The translations under genes were made by a program, and so were the position numbers. A stretch of DNA of 64,000 nucleotides from the NCBI GenBank assembly GCA_965262715.1, contig OZ253553.1:64001-128000 (forward strand), written 5' to 3'. Source of the stretch: Bdellovibrionales bacterium (lineage in GTDB: Bacteria > Bdellovibrionota > Bdellovibrionia > Bdellovibrionales > JAUICD01). Shown one piece after another: positions 19,499 to 28,406 of this stretch. The notes under the pieces were generated by a model. It made no database searches and was not told the DNA's origin. It worked only from the letters and a program-made list of their open reading frames with translations. Numbering within the stretch: the first letter of the stretch is position 1; each line of letters starts with the position of its first letter.

Positions 19499-22108
19499 TT
19501 ACTGGTCTGGTATCGCTTTTTGACAATCTGTAGCAGTAGTGCCGCCTCTTCTACCTTCACAATGCCATCTATAGTGAGTACTTGTATCAGCTATAGCTCT
19601 GTCATTAGAAATTCCAGTAGTACAGCCATTTCTTTGGCTGTTATTACAAACTCCGGTGATAGGTTTTAGTCTCAAACAATTTGCTGTTCTACCTCCATGC
19701 AAACCTTCACAATGCCATCTATGATAGGCTGTATCTGAAAGTGCTTTTGCAGTGCCCGAAGAGCAACCATTCCTTTGACTCGTATCACAAACGCCATGGA
19801 TAGGTTTCCGTATCTGACAATTTGTTACAGTACTGCCACCATGCAGCCCTACACAATGCCATGTATAATGAGTATTTGTATCTGCTATTACGTCGTCGTT
19901 TGCTGTGCCCGAAGAGCAACCATTCCTTTGATTTTCATCACAAACACCATCGATAGGAGGAGGTATCAGTTTTTGACAATCTGTAGCCGTAGTGCCGCCA
20001 TTTAAACCTACACAGTGCCATGTATAATGTGTATTTGTATCTGCTATTACGGCATCGTTTGCAGTACCAGCAGTACAACCATTTTGTTGACTGTTATCAC
20101 AAACACCGTTAACAGGTTTTGCTTTTTGACAATTCGTAGCTGTAGTGCCGCCATTTGTACCTTCACAGTGCCATGTATAATGAGTACTTGTATCTGCTAT
20201 CGCTGCATCATTTGCTCTGCCAGCAGTACAGTTATTTCTTTGGCTGTTATTACAAACTCCGGTGATAGGTTTTAGTCTCAAACAATTTGCTGTTCTACCT
20301 CCATGCAAACCTTCACAATGCCATCTATGATAGGCTGTATCTGAAAGTGCTTTTGCAGTGCCCGAAGAGCAACCATTCCTTTGACTCGTATCACAAACGC
20401 CATGGATAGGTTTCCGTATCTGACAATTTGTTACAGTACTGCCACCATGCAGCCCTACACAATGCCATGTATAATGAGTATTTGTATCTGCTATTACGTC
20501 GTCGTTTGCTGTGCCCGAAGAGCAACCATTCCTTTGATTTTCATCACAAACACCATCGATAGGAGGAGGTATCAGTTTTTGACAATCTGTAGCCGTAGTG
20601 CCGCCATTTAAACCTACACAGTGCCATGTATAATGAGTACTTGTATCAGCTATTGCGCCGTCGTCTGGAGTCCCAGCAGTACAACCATTTTTGATGGTGT
20701 CATCGCCGCAAACACCATTTATTGGTGCTGCTGTATCAATGGCCATACTGCAGCAACCTGTAGCATCAGTGCCATCGTTGGTACCTAAACACTGCCACTG
20801 ATAATGAGTTTCTGAATCATCTATTAAAGTACCTTGAATACAACTATTCTTAACGGAGTTATTACATTCTCCATTTACGATTGAAGATGGATTGCGTGTA
20901 ACACTCTGGCTTAATATAGAATTGTCACAGGTCTGATAACTTAATGGACCAGGTAAAGGTCCGGAAAAATAACAATAGCTGCCTTCTGATGGACAGTAAT
21001 TATAATAAAACTGTTCAATTATATCATCTGCATCATCTACCGAAGTTTGACTATCTATAGTGGTAGAAGAAGAGGTTGAAGCTTGTATTGCTATAGTACT
21101 TTTTACACATGATTCACTTGAAGTGATATCTATTACACCATCACTGCAATTTAGTACATCCTCACTGCCACTATCAATTTGAAGTTCACATTGATTCGCA
21201 TTTTGAATATTTGTATGTAATGTCCAAGTTCCACCTTCAGGTCTTAAATATTTATAAATGTTATTACTTTCTAACATCACAGCAATTTCTTCATCATTAT
21301 GTTTAATAGTTATTGGATTAAAATGAGGTTTAGAATTAGAGCTCACTTGCAAAACTTGTTTTCGATAGGTGAGGCAATCAGAATTGTCAGGATCTTCTGC
21401 AGACACCTCAATAGTAACAGAACCAGCAGATTCATTGGTAAAGTCTAATTCAATACTTTCACTATCATCTTCGTTTGTCTCCTCAGTTGAAGAAGGTAAT
21501 GTGACCTTCCATAAGATGTTCGAAAAATCTATAGCATTCTTTAATTCAAAAGTGGCAGTCTGTCCAACAGTCAAAGAACCGCTTTCAAGAAAGATCTCTA
21601 AGACATCTGTTAATGAGCATTCCTCACCAATCACAAGTTTTTTACTGGCCACAGTTAACAAATCGGAGTTTTTATAAGATGTAGCAAAAATATCATAACT
21701 TCCAGGTTTTTTAAATTGATATTGATATTCTGGTTCAGTTGTTGTCTCTTCTCCATCAGTAACAGTTTCAAAGGATCTAGTGATTTTCCATTTAAAATTT
21801 TCAGAATCAGAATGACTATTCATAACCTTTAGTTTCACATCACTATCAATTAGGAAATAATCTTCTATCGAGATGCTTTCATCTTCTGATGGTAAATAAG
21901 CAATAATATAACCTTTATCATTAGATACCGTTTGTTCAGAAAACAAGTTAGGAGCTTGACTTACATTTGAACCGCAGTTTTGAAAAGCTAATAACAATAA
22001 AAGTGAAGCCAATAGAAGTAGATAAAAGGCATTATTAAAACTTAACAAAAAATGCTTTTTTATGTTTCGTTTTTTTATAACCCTAAAGAATTTCATTATT
22101 CTTGTCAT
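19499..22108 (-). CDS. Cys-rich repeat lipoprotein, copy 3 (869 aa)
   Basis: Same N-domain; repeats include an internal 606-bp duplication. Confidence 0.9.
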   Translation of the reverse strand: MTRIMKFFRVIKKRNIKKHFLLSFNNAFYLLLLASLLLLLAFQNCGSNVSQAPNLFSEQTVSNDKGYIIAYLPSEDESISIEDYFLIDSDVKLKVMNSHSDSENFKWKITRSFETVTDGEETTTEPEYQYQFKKPGSYDIFATSYKNSDLLTVASKKLVIGEECSLTDVLEIFLESGSLTVGQTATFELKNAIDFSNILWKVTLPSSTEETNEDDSESIELDFTNESAGSVTIEVSAEDPDNSDCLTYRKQVLQVSSNSKPHFNPITIKHNDEEIAVMLESNNIYKYLRPEGGTWTLHTNIQNANQCELQIDSGSEDVLNCSDGVIDITSSESCVKSTIAIQASTSSSTTIDSQTSVDDADDIIEQFYYNYCPSEGSYCYFSGPLPGPLSYQTCDNSILSQSVTRNPSSIVNGECNNSVKNSCIQGTLIDDSETHYQWQCLGTNDGTDATGCCSMAIDTAAPINGVCGDDTIKNGCTAGTPDDGAIADTSTHYTWHCVGLNGGTTATDCQKLIPPPIDGVCDENQRNGCSSGTANDDVIADTNTHYTWHCVGLHGGSTVTNCQIRKPIHGVCDTSQRNGCSSGTAKALSDTAYHRWHCEGLHGGRTANCLRLKPITGVCNNSQRNNCTAGRANDAAIADTSTHYTWHCEGTNGGTTATNCQKAKPVNGVCDNSQQNGCTAGTANDAVIADTNTHYTWHCVGLNGGTTATDCQKLIPPPIDGVCDENQRNGCSSGTANDDVIADTNTHYTWHCVGLHGGSTVTNCQIRKPIHGVCDTSQRNGCSSGTAKALSDTAYHRWHCEGLHGGRTANCLRLKPITGVCNNSQRNGCTTGISNDRAIADTSTHYRWHCEGRRGGTTATDCQKAIPDQ

Positions 22109-22262
22109 TGCTCTATACTTTCATCATTGTTGTATTACGAACCTTCTTTTATGTGCTATGTGCTGCTAGTTGTCCAAAAATTTGAAAGGTAAAATAAGTA
22201 AAAATATCAAAAATGTAAATCTTTAAAACCAAGCCAAAAGACTTGGTTTTTAGCCTACCTGG

Positions 22263-22440
22263 ACTGTAACTTACGTACAAAAGTTACAGTATTAAGTTAT
22301 TGAAATAACTACCGATACAGGTATTGAAGAGCTTTAATTGCTAATAGTCTTTGGTGTGGAAAATGACCAAAAACATCAATGATTTTAAGGGGTCAGGACT
22401 GTAACTTATGTACGTAAGTTACACTATCAAGTTATTGATT
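22263..22440. promoter_or_regulatory. Paired palindromes plus IHF-like site, copy 3
   Basis: Sites at 22263-22290 and 22398-22425. Confidence 0.6.
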
Positions 22441-22509
22441 TCATTGAGTTATTCGGAATTTCTATCTTTTCTCGATATGGCATTAAGGTCATGAAAAAGT
22501 CCAGGACCG

Positions 22510-24527
22510 TTGCAAATTGATACAATATATGCCTCTATATGCCTTTTTTGAAAATAACTCCTTATATTTCCATTTTAGTGAGTTTTAAAGATTTCCTTAA
22601 CATGATGTAAGAGAATGAAGGGAGTCTCCTTACTAAAGAATAAACATGCTTTTGAGGTAGTCAGTTTTTTATTGAAGGTGTGAACCTTCAAGCTGACTAC
22701 CCAAAAGTGGTCAGAGACCAGTTTATTTTTAGTGAAACAATTGCAAATTGATACAATATATGCCTCTATATGCCTTTTTTGAAAATAACTCCTTATATTT
22801 CCATTTTAGTGAGTTTTAAAGATTTCCTTAACATGATGTAAGAGAATGAAGGGAGTCTCCTTACTAAAGAATAAACATGCTTTTGAGGTAGTCAGTTTTT
22901 TATTGAAGGTGTGAACCTTCAAGCTGACTACCCAAAAGTGGTCAGAGACCAGTTTATTTTTAGTGAAACAATTGCAAATTGATACAATATATGCCTCTAT
23001 ATGCCTTTTTTGAAAATAACTCCTTATATTTCCATTTTAGTGAGTTTTAAAGATTTCCTTAACATGATGTAAGAGAATGAAGGGAGTCTCCTTACTAAAG
23101 AATAAACATGCTTTTGAGGTAGTCAGTTTTTTATTGAAGGTGTGAACCTTCAAGCTGACTACCCAAAAGTGGTCAGAGACCAGTTTATTTTTAGTGAAAC
23201 AATTGCAAATTGATACAATATATGCCTCTATATGCCTTTTTTGAAAATAACTCCTTATATTTCCATTTTAGTGAGTTTTAAAGATTTCCTTAACATGATG
23301 TAAGAGAATGAAGGGAGTCTCCTTACTAAAGAATAAACATGCTTTTGAGGTAGTCAGCTTTTTATTGAAGGTGTGAACCTTCAAGCTGACTACCCAAAAG
23401 TGGTCAGAGACCAGTTTATTTTTAGTGAAACAATTGCAAATTGATACAATATGTGCTTCTATATGCCTTTTTTGAAAATAACTCCTTATATTTCCATTTT
23501 AGTGAGTTTTAAAGATTTCCTTAACATGATGTAAGAGAATGAAGGGAGTCTCCTTACTAAAGAATAAACATGCTTTTGAGGTAGTCAGCTTTTTATTGAA
23601 GGTGTGAACCTTCAAGCTGACTACCCAAAAGTGGTCAGAGACCAGTTTATTTTTAGTGAAACAATTGCAAATTGATACAATATGTGCTTCTATGTGCCTT
23701 TCTTAAAAATAACTCCTTATATTTCCATTTTAGTGAGTTTTAAAGATTTCCTTAACATGATGTAAGAGAATGAAGGGAGTCTCCTTACTAAAGAATAAAC
23801 ATGCTTTTGAGGTAGTCAGTTTTTTATTGAAGGTGTGAACCTTCAAGCTGACTACCCAAAAGTGGTCAGAGACCAGTTTATTTTTAGTGAAACAATTGCA
23901 AATTGATACAATATGTGCTTCTATGTGCCTTTCTTAAAAATAACTCCTTATATTTCCATTTTAGTGAGTTTTAAAGATTTCCTTAACATGATGTAAGAGA
24001 ATGAAGGGAGTCTCCTTACTAAAGAATAAACATGCTTTTGAGGTAGTCAGCTTTTTATTGAAGGTGTGAACCTTCAAGCTGATTAGATACATTTAAAGAG
24101 TCTATCATCTATAAATTAAACACTGTAATCTTTAAAAATCTCAGTGAGACAAGCCTTAACGCTTGTCTATTCCAAAAGTGGTCAGAGACCAGTTTATTTT
24201 TAGTGAAACAATTGCAAATTGATACAATATGTGCTTCTATATGCCTTTTTTGAAAATAACTCCTTATATTTCCATTTTAGTGAGTTTTAAAGATTTCCTT
24301 AACATGATGTAAGAGAATGAAGGGAGTCTCCTTACTAAAAATAAACAAGTTTTTGAGGCAATCAGCATTTTGCTGACAGGGATACATCCCGTAGTGTTAA
24401 CTGTCACGCTGATTGCCCAAAAATAGCCAGAGGCTAGTTCATTTTTAGTGAAACAATTGCAAATTGATACAATATATGCTTCTATGTGCCTTTCTTGAAA
24501 ATAACTCCTTATATTTTCTTTTTAGTA
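22510..24527 (+). repeat. Tandem array 3 (6x231 bp, 1x316 bp, 1x245 bp, partial unit)
   Basis: Units start at 22510, 22741, 22972, 23203, 23434, 23665, 23896, 24212, 24457. Confidence 0.95.
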
Positions 24528-24689
24528 AGAAAAAACACAAGAAAAAAATTTCCTTAACATTTGCGTTCAATTCTTCCATTTGAAAACTGTAACTAAAGCT
24601 TATGGGTTTAGATAACTTGAGATTTGCCAAATACCCAAATATTGTTTTCTTTAACTTTTAACTCTAAACATGAAGGTTGTTCAGGCTGC

Positions 24690-24775
24690 GCTTAAATGTT
24701 CAAAAAAAACATACAAACCATGTTCTAACCTAAGTTCCTCTTTTACATAGTGATGAAATATACGAGGAGTGATAA
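24690..24775 (-). pseudogene. Fragment of a second AbiEi-like antitoxin gene
   Basis: catacaaaccatg...acatagt.atgaa..atacgagga matches 26645-26713. Confidence 0.5.
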
Positions 24776-24845
24776 GAATCGTGCAATAAGAAAATATCAT
24801 ACATGGTTATGTGGAGGCTTTGAAGTTTCCTTCTATTCCACTGGA

Positions 24846-25668
24846 TTAGTTTTTCTGAGAAGTGTTTAAGGTTTTCTTCATTTCATCTATACCCATAATT
24901 CTGTCCAAAATGGTAAAGCGATGACGATAGTTTGTTGCAGCAGCCTCTGAATTGAACAAGTATGGGTCATTATAAAATCCTCTATACGTTGTTAAATAAA
25001 TAGCCACTGCTTGAGCAAAGTCTTGCTCAATATCAAAATCCCTATCATCTTCAGAAAGCCTGATCTCACCATAAGTGAAGGTACCATCTCTTACAATAGC
25101 ATCATACCACTCTTGACTAGAATAACCAGATGCAGGGTGTCTTGCAATTAAATGTCCCAATTCATGTCGCATTGTTTGAGTAGCTTTAGCTCTATATCTT
25201 GCATCTTGGAAATCATAATAAAAATCGACTTGAATTGCGTTATAAATAAGATAAACAATACCACTGTCATCATCATTGATAACTCTTGGTGACAGTTGAG
25301 GAAACATTTGTTGTAGCCAGCCACATTCACTACAATCAGATATAAAAGAATTCGAAGAGGCTAAAAACTCACCATGTTGTCTGGGAGAATCAGTTTCCCT
25401 TTTTATTTTAATAAAATGCACTTTGCTTAACTATCTCTCCGGCATTTTACCCAAGATAGGTCTAACTTCTTGAAGTATTTCTGAAGAAGAATGTTCCCTA
25501 CTTTCTTCAACAGCAAGTATCAAAGACTTCTGCTGTCCATTTGCTAAAAAGGAAACATCATAAATATGATAACAAGTATTATTGAAAGGTAGTTCTTCCG
25601 GTATATCAATATCACAGGCATACTGCATTCTTATATCTTGTAAAAAGTATCCAAGTGTCAAATCTGCT
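24846..25668 (-). pseudogene. Zinc-metallopeptidase-like gene (HELGH), 5'-truncated, with internal TAG
   Basis: Paralog of 31425-32418; TAG at 25431 sits where the paralog has TGG (PERW). Confidence 0.7.
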
Positions 25669-26207
25669 GTCCCCAATTTTTCTGCAAATATAAATTCTGC
25701 AGGATAAACAGAAAGAGATATCTCTTTAATTTCAGGAAGTAAAAACAAGTCCTTTGATGTGATAAACTTCACATCAACATCATCTCCAGCGCATACATCA
25801 ATTTTTAAACTCTCTGATTGGCTACGATCAAATAAGCTCCAATTGATTTCAAAACGATCTCCTCCATAAGGAGTTTCTCGCTCCATTTTTGATTTACTTA
25901 AGCTTTTAAAATGAAATCCATCTTTCAAGTCTATTTTCATGGCTTCTAGTAAGACATCTTGAACTTGTACAATCTCCATGTCCCTTACCAAAAAATCAAT
26001 ATCAACTGTAAAACGAGGGATTTCAAGATGTTGATACAACCTTAAAAGTAAACTACCTCCTTTCCAAATATAATGACGACTCTCTCTAAGTTGACAAAGC
26101 CTCGCTAAAAACCTTTCTTGACTTAAAAGAGTTTGCATTTGAGGCATTCTAAGACCAAGCTCAGTAGCTTTCTTTTCAAGAGCCTCTCTTACTCTGCAGA
26201 TGTCCAT
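25431..26207 (-). pseudogene. abiEii: AbiEii nucleotidyltransferase toxin, C-terminally truncated and fused in frame to the peptidase fragment
   Basis: ERFLARL, WKGGSLL, RFTVDIDF, YPAEFIFAEKL, then abrupt switch to ADLTLGYFLQ. Confidence 0.8.
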
Positions 26208-26211
26208 ATCA

Positions 26212-26790
26212 TTATAAATAAGCCTCTATGAGCTTATCAAAATGTCCTTTCACTCGAAAATCAACAGCTAACTTTTTCATCTTTGAAATATTAATAGGAA
26301 TACCTTTCTTTTGAGCAGTGAACATAACTTTTAAAACCATAGAAATTGATTTTTGTGTGCGTAATAAGTCTATTAAAGTACGTTCAATTGAAGTTATTGG
26401 AATACCATTTACTTTTCTTACTGCTTTTTTATAAAGGGTATCTTTAACTCTATAAAACCTCACATCTTTAATTTTTCTTTTGGGAACATTAGAAAGAGGT
26501 ACTATCAAATGAATATTTCTGGGAGCCTCATCTGTCAGGTCATAAAACTTTAATGCAGATTCAAGCCCAAGAATAGCTTGTGGGATCATTTTGAGTTTTT
26601 CTTTGATTAAAGACTCAAAATCAAAGCTTAAATGTTCAGGAAAAGCATACAAACCATGCCCTAATCTAACTAAAACCTTCTTTTTTTTAACATAGTAATG
26701 AAGCATACGAGGACTTACACCTTTTTTCTGAGCCTGCTTAGTTCGAAAAGGACCTTGTCCTTTAAGTTTAAATAATCTTTGATTTCCCAT
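26212..26790 (-). CDS. abiEi: AbiEi type IV antitoxin
   Basis: LVRLGHGLY, SALKFYDLTD, ITSIERTLIDLLR; directly upstream of abiEii. Confidence 0.85.
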   Translation of the reverse strand: MGNQRLFKLKGQGPFRTKQAQKKGVSPRMLHYYVKKKKVLVRLGHGLYAFPEHLSFDFESLIKEKLKMIPQAILGLESALKFYDLTDEAPRNIHLIVPLSNVPKRKIKDVRFYRVKDTLYKKAVRKVNGIPITSIERTLIDLLRTQKSISMVLKVMFTAQKKGIPINISKMKKLAVDFRVKGHFDKLIEAYL

Positions 26791-26869
26791 ATGTAAATTA
26801 TAGGTTTTATTTATATGAATTACAACCTATTTATTACATTTTTTCTTTTCAACGATGTACTATATTTCT

Positions 26870-27341
26870 TAAATCATCAGAAGGCTAACTTTGTGCCAGT
26901 GAGCTTTCTGGCAAGTTCTTCTGATGATGAAAATCCCTGTTTAATCCTTTTTGTAGCCATTTTCTCAATATTAAATAAAATCTCTTTGGCGTGGGTAACC
27001 TGATCCAAATAGCAATGATATATTTATAATGATTTTAATGAGTGTTTCCATTATTCCCTCCTGTTTTTTAAAATTCGTGTATAAATATTCTTTATGATTT
27101 TACGTTCTCTTAAAGCCCTTAAAGTAGAGCTTTTTGACCATGAAAATTGAGTTAGCTTCTCAATATTACGAGTGGAAAGCTTGAGATCAATATAAAGTTT
27201 CTGTAGAATTTTAAAGCTTTTTTCTGGGGTATTAAAAAAATGTGTAATAAATAAAGATACATAGCTGGAGTCATAAGTGGAGATGTCCAATACTTCAGCT
27301 ACTCCACCAATCCCAGTTTTAGACGAACCTGGGCCTACCAA
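26870..27341 (-). pseudogene. Remnants R1 (96-aa ORF 27051-27341) and R2
   Basis: Most complete copy of the recurrent module. Confidence 0.55.
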
Positions 27342-27665
27342 ACGATCATTGTGATGTAAGGCATAAGTTCCAAATCCAACAGCTTTTCTTATATTTGAAA
27401 ACCGATCTTATTGAGATTTATTTTGATGAAACGATGCCTCAAGGGGTCTTGCAAGTTTACGAAAGGGCAATACGACTCCCGGTTGATGAGGAGTTTCTTT
27501 AAAACAAAATATCTACTAATCTGTTAACTATTCCTTCTTATAAAATCTATTACCGAAGTCCTTTGTAGCACACACTCTTCTACTAGTTTTGACTAGAAGT
27601 CATCTCAAAAATGCTCCTAGAGAGAAAAGTTTTAAAAAAGATACCAGTTTTGCATTTAATTTATT

Positions 27666-27803
27666 TCACTCAAAATAAATCAACCTCTGGTTGTTTTTGG
27701 GCAGCCAGCTTGACGGTTAACACCGTCAATAAAATGCTGACTGCCTCAAAAATCCATTTATTTTAAGTAAGGAGAATGTCTTCATTCTTTTACATCATGT
27801 TAA
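27666..27803 (-). ncRNA. Structured element variant D (opposite strand)
   Basis: On the minus strand: ttaacatgatgtaa; acttaaaataaat/atttattttgagt; ggcagtcagc/gctggctgcc; caacc-aga-ggttg. Confidence 0.65.
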
Positions 27804-27928
27804 AGAAAATTTCCTTCATTCTGTTTTACTCAAAATGAATAGAAGACAAGCCTCTCGAGGCTAGCCTTTTTGAGGATTGCCCATGAAATAAATCTAGGTA
27901 CTGATCCGATGGCAAGAATAAAACTTCC

Positions 27929-28083
27929 CTAACATTGTGTTAAGAAACAAGAAGATCCTCCTACTAAAATGCATTAGCCTTTCTAGGCAGTAAGCTATTT
28001 GCCAACGGCCATAAGAGCCGTCGGGCTTACTGCCAGAAAGTGACCAGAGGCTCGCCTCGAGAGGTCAGATGCATTTTAGTGAA
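27929..28083 (+). ncRNA. Structured element variant E
   Basis: taacattgtgttaa; actaaaatgcat/atgcattttagt; ctttct-a-ggcagtaagc/gcttactgcc-agaaag; tgacc...ggtca. Confidence 0.62.
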
Positions 28084-28185
28084 AAAAAAGCTGATTCATT
28101 TTGAGGAAGACAGCCCTTTTATATAAGAAATTAGAGGTAATAGGTACAAACGTTTATAGACTTTTACTGAAACAGCACGATTCCC

Positions 28186-28342
28186 TTAACATGATGTTAA
28201 ATAATGAGGAGTATCTGGTTTACTAAAATGCAGCAGGCTTTCTAGGCAGTAAGCTATTTGCCGACGGCCATAAGAGCCGTCGGGCTTACTGCCAGAAAAT
28301 GACCAGAGGCTCGCCTCGAGAGGCGAGATGCATTTTAGTGAA
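28186..28342 (+). ncRNA. Structured element variant F
   Basis: Perfect ttaacatgatgttaa; near-copy of variant E with perfect cgacggc/gccgtcg. Confidence 0.62.
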
Positions 28343-28406
28343 AATAGTTAGATAAAGTTATGAACTTCTGGCAATACTTATTAAACTTTTATTTTTGAGA
28401 CCGCTT

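Noticed and set aside
22510..24527. CRISPR array
   Set aside because: Units are 231-316 bp, mostly identical, with no unique spacers and no cas genes in the window
28186..28203. dif/XerD site (gatgttaaat)
   Set aside because: Resembles one XerD arm only; the 11-6-11 geometry is absent
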